64,000 nt of DNA from an uncultured virus (IMG/VR IMGVR_UViG_3300017917_004074). Taxonomy: Duplodnaviria > Heunggongvirae > Uroviricota > Caudoviricetes. Under the pieces are notes generated by a model. That model was given only the letters and a program-made list of their open reading frames with translations. It made no database searches and was not told the DNA's origin. Below, in pieces: positions 1 through 9,644 of the stretch. Positions within the stretch are counted from its first letter, which is position 1. The number at the start of each line of letters is the position of its first letter. Position numbers and translations under genes: made by a program. The stretch lies in IMG/VR virus record IMGVR_UViG_3300017917_004074; one strand, written 5' to 3'.

Positions 1-1062
1 AGTGGTATTGTTTAATCTTACTAATACACCAGTAGTCGGTCCAGGACCTTCAAATTGTTCAGTAGTTTCAGTCCCTGATCCAGCTGCAGGAATTGTTGTT
101 GTAGTAGTAGTTGTCGTTGTTGGGGCCGGAGCAGAAATAACTATATCCATTGAATCGCTATATACAGGATTTGAGTTTTGATTTGGCTCATATTCTGCAA
201 CATATCCGCTGGCATATGTGCCGGTATGGGCAAGGTCGTTCCAACATGTTGCACCGTTCCATTTAGCCACAACTGCATCTTCGTAGCCTGCCCAGTTATT
301 TGGCTCGCCTGGGCACCAATCGGCATACTGGCCTGAAACGGCAACGCCACTCGCTTGGCCATTCCAAATCACAGTTCCTTGTTCTGGATGGCCATCCTTT
401 GGGTCAAGGATCCACACGCCTTCTGTTTGTCTATCTGAAATAGCAATCCAAATGTTGTATGCATTTTGAATTTTTGTAAGAACAAATTCGTGTTCAGCAT
501 CAGAGGTTATCGTCGCAAGGTAGCCAGAAAGACCGTTGAGTGTCCTGTTACCCGCTGCCGTTCGTGCGTCCATGTATGTAATAGAACCGGGAACAAATTC
601 ATATAGGTGTCCGGTTCCTTCAAAATAAAATGAACCAGAAATTTTTTCTTGTACAGATACCGTAAGGGTCGCTGTCCCGGCAGTATTTCCGGCATCAAAA
701 GTCAAGGAATCAAGGGCTGCATTTGTATTTGCTTGATTGCCAGTAAACGATATAGATGAAATGCCAGACCAGGAACTGTAACCAAACTCACGAGTAAGTC
801 CCGTAGTTGTAACCACTGAGAATTTTGCGGAGGTAGATCCGCTTATTGAAATTGTTGTGAGAAGATTGGCCGTCTGAGAATAGCCAGAGATCGCAAAATC
901 ATCACTTAAAGCTACTCCTGATTGATTGGTAGTAGCAGTGGCATTAGATGGGACAACAACAGACTCATTTAATGCGCTTGCATTAGCAGCAAATAGGGAG
1001 CTAAGGCTAAGAGCAAATGCCGGCAGTAGGGCAAACCATCCCTTACGTAGCTTCAAAAACAT
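1..1062 (-). CDS. Secreted C-type lectin domain protein with signal peptide and Thr/Pro-rich linker; runs off the window start
   Basis: Read manually; absent from the ORF track because no stop lies in the window. MFLKLRKGWFALLPAFALSLSSLFAANASA signal peptide; GHLYEFV...YLATITSDAEHEFV...NIWIAISD...WCPGEPNNWAGYEDAV...WND lectin motifs; PAPTTTTTTTTIP linker. Confidence 0.8.
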   Translation of the reverse strand, partial: MFLKLRKGWFALLPAFALSLSSLFAANASALNESVVVPSNATATTNQSGVALSDDFAISGYSQTANLLTTISISGSTSAKFSVVTTTGLTREFGYSSWSGISSISFTGNQANTNAALDSLTFDAGNTAGTATLTVSVQEKISGSFYFEGTGHLYEFVPGSITYMDARTAAGNRTLNGLSGYLATITSDAEHEFVLTKIQNAYNIWIAISDRQTEGVWILDPKDGHPEQGTVIWNGQASGVAVSGQYADWCPGEPNNWAGYEDAVVAKWNGATCWNDLAHTGTYASGYVAEYEPNQNSNPVYSDSMDIVISAPAPTTTTTTTTTIPAAGSGTETTEQFEGPGPTTGVLVRLNNTT

Positions 1063-1114
1063 ATCTTAACATTTCCCCCAAATTGTTAGGACATGTTAAT
1101 AGTAACGATCTAGA

Positions 1115-1654
1115 TTAGATCTTAGTAGCTATAACTCCAAGATTCGGTATGCTTTTGTCAAAATCTAATTTCGTTTCATCAGGCATGATGTCGTCGTCTA
1201 CGTCGTACTGCCAGTAGCCGGCATCAAACCCTTCGGCTTTCATTCCTATGGATTCAAAGTCTTTAATTAACTCTTCTTGGCTCCACATGCTTTGATGCTG
1301 CTGAAGCATGTTGCCTTTGCATCTAGTTGCAGGTGTGAATATTGGTGCTCTCATAGTTCTAAAGCAGATTTTACCATCAACCCACATTCTTATAAGTTTA
1401 CCGACGTCAGTTTGAATTACTTTAATTTTTCCGTTAGCTTTCAATTTTTTTTTCATATTTAAAAGAAAGTTTTTGTACTCCGTTACAGTTATATGCTCAA
1501 GAGTATGTGATAAAAAAAACTCGTCAACTTGACCATCGTCACAAAAAGAATCAAGTTCCATAATGTTTGCTTTTATATCACAGACTTCAGCTAGATTTAC
1601 GGTCTTATACTCTGGATCACTAGTGCCTATACCACCAAGGTTGAACTTCAGCAT
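1115..1654 (-). CDS. SAM-dependent methyltransferase-like protein
   Basis: N-terminal NLGG, then VDEFFLSHTLEHI and LKANGKIKVIQTD, a class I MTase pattern. Confidence 0.6.
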   Translation of the reverse strand: MLKFNLGGIGTSDPEYKTVNLAEVCDIKANIMELDSFCDDGQVDEFFLSHTLEHITVTEYKNFLLNMKKKLKANGKIKVIQTDVGKLIRMWVDGKICFRTMRAPIFTPATRCKGNMLQQHQSMWSQEELIKDFESIGMKAEGFDAGYWQYDVDDDIMPDETKLDFDKSIPNLGVIATKI

Positions 1655-1686
1655 AAATGTTTTTTACTCCCAATTGTTTTATATTG

Positions 1687-2611
1687 TTATCTTTTATTTT
1701 TTCTATACAAAAAATCCACCAGTGGTGACTCCCAAACTGATATGTTTTTATATCTTTTTTCTACTTTATCATCGTTGTATTCAAACGCTAAACTATTATG
1801 TCCTTTAGACATATCATGGGCTATTTTTTTCCATTGTTCTATTCCATGTTTATCAACATTTTTGTACCAAAGAATATTGCCAGTTTGTGGATATCTAATA
1901 TAGCTTCGAATCAAGAATTTAGATCCGGTGTTTACTTTATAAACTCCGTGAAAATATGGAGTGTTACTTGGCGCATAAAGGGGAGAACCGGACGGAAACA
2001 CTAACACATCTCCAGCTTTAGGTTTATACGTAACTATTTGGCCATTTACAAAAAAAGAAATTTCACCACCGTCGTAATTATCATTCATATATGTTGTGGC
2101 AGTAACTAAAAAATTCTCAGTTTCCCAAAACCATTCACCAATTGCAAAGTCTGTATGATAATTCATTGTCAAGTCTTGATCTTTAATATGACCAATATTA
2201 ACGTCTGAAACATATTTTGCGTAGTTTGGCTTAGCTATATAAGACCTAGCCGGTAGCTTTATTTTGTTAACCCCCGCATAATGAGTAAGGGCTTGAAAAA
2301 CAGAACCATTTACTCTTAATGATAAAAAAAGTTCCGAATTGAATAAACCATCTATCCTCATATTATTTTTAATAGCATCATAATCTATAGGATGATTAAC
2401 TAAATCTAAATGCTTTTGGTCAGCGTAATCGCCAAATATAAACCATGGTTTCCATTTATCTAAAAGAAATTCTCCGTTAGAAAAATTTGATGAGTGCTCT
2501 AAAATTCCGGTAAAGCTTTTCGTGATCTGGAAATAAATTGCTATAAACAAAAATGTGAGGATAAATTTCTTTATACCTTAAATCATGCAATGATAGATCT
2601 CCAAGTATCAT
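1687..2611 (-). CDS. 2OG-Fe(II) oxygenase (prolyl-hydroxylase-like); needs +1 skip at CGG 2507-2509
   Basis: YHTD, YMNDNYDGGEISF, PKAGDVLVFPS, FHGV..V..GSK motifs. True N-terminus MILGDLSLHDLRYKEIYPHIFVYSNLFPDHEKLY joins GILEHSS via TAC-C-GGA. Confidence 0.8.
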
Positions 2612-2623
2612 TTTAAAATAATC

Positions 2624-3445
2624 CTAAAAATATGAAGTAGGTGTTTCAATTAAAAATGTTTCGAATTCATCGACCATGTTTTTTGTGATGTGTTCAACGT
2701 TTTGAATATTTTTTTTAACGAGCATTCTTTGTACCCATCGATCAGTTCCATCATATCTAGCCTGGAATGGCTTTCTTCCATGAACAACTTTATTATTATC
2801 TATTACCAATAGATCTCCAGAGCTAAGAACTATTTCTTTAGTATTCTTAACAACCAAGTCTCTGAAAATATCTAATGCTAGTTGAGCAAAGTCGTTAGTA
2901 CCCTTCATGAAGTGATAATCGTACGTGCATGAGATGCTGTCTATTTTATTTTCTAATTTTAGAATTGAAGTAATTATACTGGAGTATTCTTCGTCATCTT
3001 TTCTAAATGATTTATCTACCTCAGTCTTATACCATGGCTGCATTAAGCAGTCTATTGTTGCATCGTCGAGTTCTGAAATAATATCGTCTATATCAGCAAG
3101 CGTTGTTACGGCATTAGGGTCGCCCCTTAGACATAGTAGCAAGACATAGTCTGGCTTGTGCGGATGAAACGCTGTTTCAGTGTGTAGAGCAAGTTCCACT
3201 TTTGAAGAAGTGGATATTTGTTCTGACTCTGTTTTATGAACAGGTAGTATATTTTGTATTAAAACGCCATTTTGTTCTTGGATAAAACTTATTGGATGCC
3301 CATACTTTTGGGCAGCTGACAACAAAACTTTTTTTGGTTTTTCTACATCACAATTTTGTGAAAGTGGAATTAATGGAGTAGGGGGAATTTGTCCCAAATC
3401 ATTTTGAGAAAAAATAAAATAGTTCATACGATAAAATGATATCAT
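2624..3445 (-). CDS. TauD/clavaminate-synthase-like Fe(II)/2OG dioxygenase
   Basis: LHTETAF, PDYVLLLCLR, GDLLVIDN..VVHGR, DGTDRWVQR motifs. Confidence 0.85.
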   Translation of the reverse strand: MISFYRMNYFIFSQNDLGQIPPTPLIPLSQNCDVEKPKKVLLSAAQKYGHPISFIQEQNGVLIQNILPVHKTESEQISTSSKVELALHTETAFHPHKPDYVLLLCLRGDPNAVTTLADIDDIISELDDATIDCLMQPWYKTEVDKSFRKDDEEYSSIITSILKLENKIDSISCTYDYHFMKGTNDFAQLALDIFRDLVVKNTKEIVLSSGDLLVIDNNKVVHGRKPFQARYDGTDRWVQRMLVKKNIQNVEHITKNMVDEFETFLIETPTSYF

Positions 3446-3450
3446 AAACT

Positions 3451-3486
3451 AAAGGGGAGTAGCAAAACATTTTTTACTACTCCCCC
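3451..3486 (-). terminator. Probable intrinsic terminator
   Basis: GGGGAGTAG/CTACTCCCC inverted repeat followed by TTTAGTTT on the minus strand. Confidence 0.55.
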
Positions 3487-3527
3487 CTAGCTGTAGCTCA
3501 AGGGAATTACTGGCCTCCGTGGCATCT

Positions 3528-3536
3528 ATTATACCA
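3528..3536 (-). promoter_or_regulatory. Extended -10 promoter (TGGTATAAT); a second TGCTATAAT lies at about 3571-3579
   Basis: TGnTATAAT consensus in intergenic DNA. Confidence 0.55.
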
Positions 3537-3584
3537 CGAAAGTCGGTAACCATCTGACTTCGTAATGACTATTATAGCAGATGA

Positions 3585-4265
3585 TTAGTCTTCTCTGGTA
3601 TGAGCAGAGATATAAACCCAATTAAAATTTCTAAAAGTCTGCGGGAGAACGTCTGGTTTAAAATTAGTCTTCCACAAACAATAGGGAAAACTAACCTGGT
3701 CTTGGTATGACCATGTTAAATTTTGGCTGTGCCAAAGCTCACCAAGTTCTTTTACTTTTGGATTAGATAAATCCCTAGCGGATACTCCACATTCAAAAAG
3801 ACCGTACTGCTCGGGAAACCCTTCACGCTTATAAAATTCAACCTGTTCATCTAGTGGTTCTTTTGCATATTTCGCGGGTCTTATTGTTGCTTCCCCGTAT
3901 GCACAGTGCCTATTGTCAAAATGGGGCGAGGCAACGAAGCCGTTATCCATGAAAGAAAAAATTTCATCAACAAATTCAGCTCTAGCTATGGCCATATCTC
4001 CGTCAATCCATACCATATACTTATATTCATTCAGTATTGAGATTGAATGCGGATTAAGTTTTGGTCTTTTTGACCTTCTCCTATTATCCAGGTGCTCATC
4101 GCCCAACATCTGGACATTCCATGGTGGATTAATATCAAATTTTGAATTACCATCTGTAAAATAAATAAAATCAACACCATTAATATTTGGTTGATCAAGT
4201 TGATAATCGTACCCACCAGTTACCGCAGTAACTATCGCAGTTTTTCCAAACCAATCATTAACCAT
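3585..4265 (-). CDS. DUF616/TOD1-like glycosyltransferase-family protein
   Basis: TAVTGGYD, FIYFTD, WIDGD, H..RHCAYGEA, QDQVSFPYCLW. Confidence 0.7.
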   Translation of the reverse strand: MVNDWFGKTAIVTAVTGGYDYQLDQPNINGVDFIYFTDGNSKFDINPPWNVQMLGDEHLDNRRRSKRPKLNPHSISILNEYKYMVWIDGDMAIARAEFVDEIFSFMDNGFVASPHFDNRHCAYGEATIRPAKYAKEPLDEQVEFYKREGFPEQYGLFECGVSARDLSNPKVKELGELWHSQNLTWSYQDQVSFPYCLWKTNFKPDVLPQTFRNFNWVYISAHTRED

Positions 4266-4274
4266 AAAATTTGA

Positions 4275-4943
4275 CTATCTGTAGTTAATCCTATTCGGAT
4301 ACGGCATTGTTTTTAATATCCTATGAGTATGCTCTACGCAGAGTGGATGGAATATTTCGCATAATATGCCAGCCCATCTTATTGGATAATTGGTGTAAAA
4401 AACATCTGCAGCTTCTCTAGAATTTTTTGCTGGATGTAAAATAAGTTGATTTAAATACAAGTCCATTCTTCTCATCATCTCATTATACCAGTATGAGGTA
4501 AACACGGTATAAGGTTTGAAGAGAAAAAGATCTGCCGATATCATTTTATCCCAGTGATTTCCATATTCATTTCGAATTATTTCTGGAGTACTGAGCGGAC
4601 CTTCATCTTCCGGTGCTCCACAACCAAAATAGTAACTAGATTCTACTGCGTTAAAGTATTGATTCCAATCCCAATCGCATGGTTTGATATCGGAATAACC
4701 ACCACCCCTATGGTGCATTAGATAACATCTTAAATAATCTGCCTTATGCACATCGGATAAATATTGGAATCCCTCATGAAGTGGATATTGATCTAATATA
4801 AATGAATTTAGATTTTCATTTGTAATTAAAACAACTTCTACTCCAGAATTTTTACTTAAAGAACTCAAACCATTAATTCTATTTTGGTTCATTACTGTGT
4901 TGTTGTCACCAACCCAAACGCAATAAATCGTTCTACTCAACAT
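4275..4943 (-). CDS. DXD-type glycosyltransferase (GT32/capsular polysaccharide synthesis-like)
   Basis: IYCVWVG, HKADYLRCYLMHHRGGGYSDIK. Confidence 0.75.
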   Translation of the reverse strand: MLSRTIYCVWVGDNNTVMNQNRINGLSSLSKNSGVEVVLITNENLNSFILDQYPLHEGFQYLSDVHKADYLRCYLMHHRGGGYSDIKPCDWDWNQYFNAVESSYYFGCGAPEDEGPLSTPEIIRNEYGNHWDKMISADLFLFKPYTVFTSYWYNEMMRRMDLYLNQLILHPAKNSREAADVFYTNYPIRWAGILCEIFHPLCVEHTHRILKTMPYPNRINYR

Positions 4944-4945
4944 AA

Positions 4946-5155
4946 CTAGACCAATATTTTGATCAACAAAAAATATAGTTTATACAAATCCATTGGAGAC
5001 ATACTAAAAACATACTGTTTTTTATCAGCCGTAGTTATAGTTATGCAGTGAACATTAGTGAGTTCACCTGAAGAAGTTATGGAAGATGTTGGTTTGGATA
5101 TAGATATATCAACAATGGTTGGCATAAAGCCATCAAATATGCCAGAATTCTCCAT
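4946..5155 (-). CDS. Hypothetical protein, probably leaderless
   Basis: ORF with TGGTATAAT ending 7 nt before the ATG. Confidence 0.6.
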   Translation of the reverse strand: MENSGIFDGFMPTIVDISISKPTSSITSSGELTNVHCITITTADKKQYVFSMSPMDLYKLYFLLIKILV

Positions 5156-5182
5156 GGATTAAATTATACCATAAGATAAGGA

Positions 5183-5677
5183 TTAGGCGACTGGTAATAC
5201 CGTAACAATCGCTGATGGTATAGCGGGGCCGCCCATGGTTCCGGTGTTGTACTGCATGACTATATGGTGATTATTTGTCGCCCAGTATATTTGAGCATTG
5301 CCGCCAGCTGCGGTTGTAATAATAAAATCCCAAGCTGCTACAACATAAGGACTGTTTGTGTTTACTGCAACTCTTGTATTACTGTAAGGAACGGCTTGGC
5401 CATTTTGAACAAGCCATATTTCAACGGTCTGTCCACCACCGCCACCACCATTATTGTGGAATTGAAACGAAAACTGAATGTCATATGTTCCAGGATATTG
5501 AAAAGTTATTTTAGAATTATCTACAATACTGATACCAGTTGATTCAGCCGTATTTCTAAGAAGAACCGGAATACCGATACTCTGCTGATTTTCAGCAACC
5601 TCTTGGGTTAAAATATCATAGAATGAACCATACTTACCCTGAGATGCTGGGTGTCTGGGATTCCAGTAGTAGAGCAT
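5183..5677 (-). CDS. Beta-rich protein, BclA-C/C1q-like; possible virion decoration or fibre tip
   Basis: ITFQYPGTYDIQFSFQF...IPSAIVTV pattern. Confidence 0.45.
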   Translation of the reverse strand: MLYYWNPRHPASQGKYGSFYDILTQEVAENQQSIGIPVLLRNTAESTGISIVDNSKITFQYPGTYDIQFSFQFHNNGGGGGGQTVEIWLVQNGQAVPYSNTRVAVNTNSPYVVAAWDFIITTAAGGNAQIYWATNNHHIVMQYNTGTMGGPAIPSAIVTVLPVA

Positions 5678-5961
5678 TAGCTGAAGGTAAATCGCATTAC
5701 GGCGACTTTAGAATTTGACACCGTACTTAGCGCGTAAAGTTCTGTATCTTTTCTTAAATTTTCTACGGAAAAAAATGCTCCCGGTTCCAATAAAACCCCA
5801 TAGGATGTAGAAGACACCGAACTATTGCCAAGATATACATTAGCTAAATCATCTACATTTTGAACACTAAACATCATATTTGATGGAGTAGTATCACCAT
5901 CTACAGTTATTATTGTAGTGGATGTATTACTTAGTGTAATTAATTTATGCTCTAGTGGCAT
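5677..5961 (-). CDS. Small hypothetical beta-rich phage protein
   Basis: ORF tightly coupled to both neighbours; SVQN...VYLG...YGVLLEPG. Confidence 0.6.
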   Translation of the reverse strand: MPLEHKLITLSNTSTTIITVDGDTTPSNMMFSVQNVDDLANVYLGNSSVSSTSYGVLLEPGAFFSVENLRKDTELYALSTVSNSKVAVMRFTFS

Positions 5962-6242
5962 TACTTTTTCTTTCTTTTGGTAAAAGTAGATACATTTTTT
6001 GGGGCCTGACCCTTTACTCCCTTTTGTGGTGTACCGGATCTCCTTTTTCTTTGCACTGCACTTTTTCTTTGCGCAGCGCTCATTGATCTAGCTTTTGATA
6101 CTGGTACACACTTTGCGTATCCAGATCCATTAGCGCCAGATGTTCCGCATGGTTGAAACTTGCCCTTCTTTTTGGGCGCACCTATATTTACCCAGCGTTG
6201 ATTAAACCATTTAGTTAAACCAACACCTTTTGGGCCAGCCAT
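5961..6242 (-). CDS. Small basic phage protein (DUF5872-like)
   Basis: GLTKWFNQRWVNI...PCG...YAKCVP; Lys/Arg-rich. Confidence 0.55.
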   Translation of the reverse strand: MAGPKGVGLTKWFNQRWVNIGAPKKKGKFQPCGTSGANGSGYAKCVPVSKARSMSAAQRKSAVQRKRRSGTPQKGVKGQAPKNVSTFTKRKKK

Positions 6243-6424
6243 TACTTTTTCTTTCTTTTGGCTTTCTTAGTGGAAACTGTTTTCCAACCACCACCCATAG
6301 CCTTATATTTCTTTACTGCCCATGCATTAGCGTAGGCTGATGGATATACATCGAACTTAGCTTTGGCCTGTGACTTAGCTGATGACCATAGGGCTGGCTT
6401 GGTTGGTTTATTAATTTTAGCCAT
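6242..6424 (-). CDS. Small basic phage protein
   Basis: MAKINKPTKPALWSSAKSQAKAKFDVYPSAYANAWAVKKYKAMGGGW; start moved to ATG 6424. Confidence 0.65.
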   Translation of the reverse strand: MAKINKPTKPALWSSAKSQAKAKFDVYPSAYANAWAVKKYKAMGGGWKTVSTKKAKRKKK

Positions 6425-6426
6425 AC

Positions 6427-6615
6427 TTATTTCACCAATAAATAAATCGTAACTATATGAAGAGAAAAATAAACTGCGTTCAAAAACCAAGCTGCGGCTC
6501 TGTGTTTGTTTATGTGGATATGATGATCATGGGGATTGTGTCCGCATTCGTGGTGTGCAGTGTGTCTGCATGGTTCTCCATTGTGGGAATGATGACTGGG
6601 ATTGTTGCAGTCCAT
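6427..6615 (-). CDS. His/Cys-rich microprotein with C-terminal hydrophobic helix
   Basis: Fills the gap between neighbours exactly; many His in the N-terminal half. Confidence 0.6.
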   Translation of the reverse strand: MDCNNPSHHSHNGEPCRHTAHHECGHNPHDHHIHINKHRAAAWFLNAVYFSLHIVTIYLLVK

Positions 6616-6617
6616 AT

Positions 6618-6827
6618 CTACTTTTTTTTCCTCTTCTTGCCAATTTTTTTTAAAGTTTTAGCCAAGTTGGCTTGGCGCACTGTCGTTGCGCTGTATCTTC
6701 CTGGATTCTTTGTGACAGCAGCAGCCATACCAGACACGGATTTGCCAGCTTTTTTAGCTTTCTTAGTGAAAGCACCGGGTCTTTTTATTGCTCCTTGAAT
6801 CCACTTCTTGTCTTTTTTTGCTGCCAT
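6618..6827 (-). CDS. Small basic phage protein
   Basis: KWIQGAIKRPGAF...RQANLAKTLKK; AAGGA SD upstream. Confidence 0.7.
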   Translation of the reverse strand: MAAKKDKKWIQGAIKRPGAFTKKAKKAGKSVSGMAAAVTKNPGRYSATTVRQANLAKTLKKIGKKRKKK

Positions 6828-6859
6828 GTTTCTTATCCTTTGCTTTTAAAATATTTATA

Positions 6860-7682
6860 TTATTTGATCCACGCGTACTGCATAGATGATTTTTCACTAT
6901 CAAAACCACCTAATACTGCATGAAACATTCTTGACATATCTACAAATAAAATATCATTTTCCTGCCATCTATGTATCAAGCAATCGTTTTTTGCGTTAAA
7001 TATTTTTGTAAGAATTGACCTTAAAATTTTATCGCATAAATGAGATTCTTCTGGACACTCGTCTATATAAAATTGACGAGTTGGATTTATGTATACCATG
7101 TTTTTATTAGAAAGAACGTGATTTTGTATTGGGCAGAATGAATCCGAAACAACCTCATTATTTGATGAATCCTTTATCAAATAATGATATCTGACGTTGT
7201 TGAGTATTTCAACTTCGCTATCCAGCAGAGAATCAAAAATCTTCGTTGAATCAAGCAAGAGTGTACTTGCTGACTCGGTATCACAGTCAAAATTTATCAT
7301 ATTAAAGATGGCACCTTTGACTGGATTTTGCAGCGCAAACTCATCTATATGAAAAGGAATAAAATATTCATTCTTGTCTGGAAACGTTTTTTCCGTTCTA
7401 TTTCCATTCTGATCAAGTGAATAAAATTCTTTTAATTGAAAATCCAAACAATGATGATAAGCTTGACCGAAAAGTTGGAGCATGTGTGCTAGAAAAAAAA
7501 TCTAGATAAGTATTTTTAAAACTATTTGCTATTGTCATTTGTGTATCCAAATTGCAAGCAAAACCCCTTAGTAACACAGCTCCATTTGAATTAAACTCAC
7601 TTACAAAATCATCAGTAAAATGAAGTGTATCAGATGAAGTAAAAATTTCATCAAATGAATGAGGATTTATTAAAGTAGACAT
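6860..7682 (-). CDS. TauD-family dioxygenase; needs +1 skip at CGG 7467-7469
   Basis: N-part (GAVLLRGF) joins C-part (FHID, HRWQENDILFVDMSRMFHA) via TTT-C-GGT. Confidence 0.75.
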
Positions 7683-7690
7683 TTTATCTC

Positions 7691-7972
7691 CTATTTTGTT
7701 TTTTTATTTTTTACTTTTTCGCCAGTTTTAAACTTTTTGTCATCTAAATCAAAACCGCCGAATTCTTTATTTGCGTGATCTTCTAAATGATTGTCTAATT
7801 TAACTTCTATATGAAGAACATCTTCGTCAATATTATAAAGCACTTGTTCAATCTGATCCAACTTATCAGCAACTACACCATGGTCTCTGGCGTTTTCTTT
7901 TCTGCCCTTTTCAACTAGAACTACCAACACAGAACCCACAACACCTATGAGAGCAACGATGACTGCTTCCAT
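7691..7972 (-). CDS. Putative holin or membrane protein
   Basis: N-terminal TM helix plus coiled coil, directly downstream of the endolysin. Confidence 0.55.
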   Translation of the reverse strand: MEAVIVALIGVVGSVLVVLVEKGRKENARDHGVVADKLDQIEQVLYNIDEDVLHIEVKLDNHLEDHANKEFGGFDLDDKKFKTGEKVKNKKTK

Positions 7973-7974
7973 GA

Positions 7975-8799
7975 TTACATCCCTATTCCAAGATCATCAA
8001 GAACTCTTTTGCCAGCTTTTGGACCATCTCCAAAACCTTTTGCCTTCTTGTAAGCAATTACTGCTTGCTGTGTCTTTGCTCCGAACTGACCATCAAAAGC
8101 ACCCTTATAGAATCCACGTTCAGCTAGTTCCTCTTGAAGTTTAGCGACTCTTGGACCGCTATCGCCTGGATCTAAATCACCACCGTCGTCTTTTGCGGCG
8201 GGGGCTTCGTTTGTTGAAGCAGCTGGGGCGGGAACGTTTGCTGGCTTAGCTATGTTATTCTTTGCCATGTACTCAGCTACTGCTGCTGGAGGATTGTCGC
8301 CTTCGGTATAGCGCAGGTGCCATGGCTCTTCTGGAACAACTTCCCACGAAAAACCAAATTTGCGCACGTTGGCGATCAACCACTTCAGGCGCTTTGGTTC
8401 TGCGGCAGTGTGGACGTCAACGGCCAAGCCCGTATTATGCTGAGACGTACCGGGCGCAGCGAGACTGGCCAGCTTTGGATCTTTTTTATACCACTTTTTG
8501 CCTTCAAACGTACGAGTAGAATTTCCATTCGGAGTTGTGGTGTAGCGCTGTTTAAAAACAGCTAGCTGAGATTCATATGTGCGATATGTATCGCCAGCTG
8601 AAACAGGCTTTAATTCAACGCCCTCTGCTTTTGCTGCCTCAACCATCGCTGCCCAAGCAGCTGCTGTCAACCAATGAAGCTTTCCGCCACCAACTGCTGG
8701 ACGAAGTAATGCTTCAGGAAGTTTGCCAGGCTGCACACCCTTTAGGTCTGCGGGCTGCTTAACGGGAACTACAATGTCCCATTCAACTTTCTTACTCAT
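7975..8799 (-). CDS. Endolysin: M15/VanY-type peptidase plus C-terminal peptidoglycan-binding domain
   Basis: YRTYESQ, AAPGTSQHNTGLAVDV, EPWHLRY; GDSGPRVAKLQEEL...DGQFGAKTQQAV. Start set at MSKKVEW. Confidence 0.9.
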   Translation of the reverse strand: MSKKVEWDIVVPVKQPADLKGVQPGKLPEALLRPAVGGGKLHWLTAAAWAAMVEAAKAEGVELKPVSAGDTYRTYESQLAVFKQRYTTTPNGNSTRTFEGKKWYKKDPKLASLAAPGTSQHNTGLAVDVHTAAEPKRLKWLIANVRKFGFSWEVVPEEPWHLRYTEGDNPPAAVAEYMAKNNIAKPANVPAPAASTNEAPAAKDDGGDLDPGDSGPRVAKLQEELAERGFYKGAFDGQFGAKTQQAVIAYKKAKGFGDGPKAGKRVLDDLGIGM

Positions 8800-8812
8800 A
8801 ATATTGGTTCTC

Positions 8813-8986
8813 CTACTTCTTTTTCTTTTTTCTTTTTGTCTTTTCAGCACTGGAAATCGCAATTGCTATAGCCTGCTTTCTAGATTTTACTACTGGCCCA
8901 CCCTTTCCAGAATGAAGAGTTCCCTTACCATATTCATCCATAACCTTGCTTATTTTTTTTTGGTAAGCGGTTTTCTTTTTAGCCAT
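8813..8986 (-). CDS. Small basic protein (DUF6496-like)
   Basis: Read manually: KVMDEYGKGTLHSGKGGPVVKSRKQAIAIAIS. Confidence 0.7.
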   Translation of the reverse strand: MAKKKTAYQKKISKVMDEYGKGTLHSGKGGPVVKSRKQAIAIAISSAEKTKRKKKKK

Positions 8987-8997
8987 GATAAAAGATA

Positions 8998-9135
8998 TTA
9001 TTTCTTCTTCTTTTTCTTTGCAATAGCTGCTTTAATAAAAGGAGGAAGTTTCTGTTGAGCCGGTGTCAAGCCTGACATCTTACCGTTCTTTTTTGCTGCG
9101 GCTTTTTTAGCTGGAGTTTTCTTTTTCATAGCCAT
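8998..9135 (-). CDS. Lys-rich microprotein (45 aa)
   Basis: Read manually: MAMKKKTPAKKAAAKKNGKMSGLTPAQQKLPPFIKAAIAKKKKKK. Confidence 0.6.
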   Translation of the reverse strand: MAMKKKTPAKKAAAKKNGKMSGLTPAQQKLPPFIKAAIAKKKKKK

Positions 9136-9137
9136 GA

Positions 9138-9251
9138 TTAGTAGCCCATCTTCTTCTTACTTGAGCTCTTCATCTTCTTGCCGCCCATTTTCTTAGCTGG
9201 CTTCATCTTTTTGCCCATCATTTTTTTGTCATCTTTCATTTTTTTCATCAT
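9138..9251 (-). CDS. Lys/Met-rich microprotein (37 aa)
   Basis: Read manually: MMKKMKDDKKMMGKKMKPAKKMGGKKMKSSSKKKMGY; AAGGAG SD. Confidence 0.6.
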   Translation of the reverse strand: MMKKMKDDKKMMGKKMKPAKKMGGKKMKSSSKKKMGY

Positions 9252-9367
9252 GGTTATTTCTCCTTATTTTTTTCTTAGTTGTTTTTTTTGTTTTTGTTTC
9301 AACTTTTTCTGATTCCGCCTTAGGTTCAGGAGTTGAAGTTTTGACATATTTAGACATAAATAAAACC

Positions 9368-9644
9368 TTACCACTTTACTCTATCGGCCCAATAGGCTGC
9401 AGACATTACACCCTTTTTTATGTTTTTGGCGTGACGTGCCTTAAAAGATTCACGACGCTTACGATAGGCTGTTGATTCGCCCTTTTTCTTGGGCGAACCG
9501 GACACGCCCTGCTGCCCAAATCTAATCAGCTTAACCTGTGATCCACTCTTTGCTAAAACGGCGTGGCTTTTTTTGGGATGGTTTGGAGTACGCTTGGGTT
9601 TATTGTATCCGAGCGAATGTTTCACTACCTCTTTTTATTGCCAT
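9368..9644 (-). CDS. Conserved small basic phage protein; needs +1 skip at CGG 9609-9611
   Basis: MAIKRGSETFA-(C)-GYNKPKRTPNHPKKSHAVLAK...LIRFGQQG...SAAYWADRVKW. Confidence 0.75.

Noticed and set aside
94..123. GTT/GTA trinucleotide run as a DNA repeat element
   Set aside because: It encodes the poly-Thr linker of the lectin protein.
141..698. Short minus-strand ORFs 141-362 and 507-698
   Set aside because: They are alternate-frame overlaps of the lectin gene 1-1062.
3487..3525. Mini-ORF ATG-CCA-CGG-AGG... as a CGG-sensing attenuator peptide
   Set aside because: The ATG lies only 2 nt after the proximal TATAAT and has no SD. It is possible only from the upstream promoter, so support is too weak.
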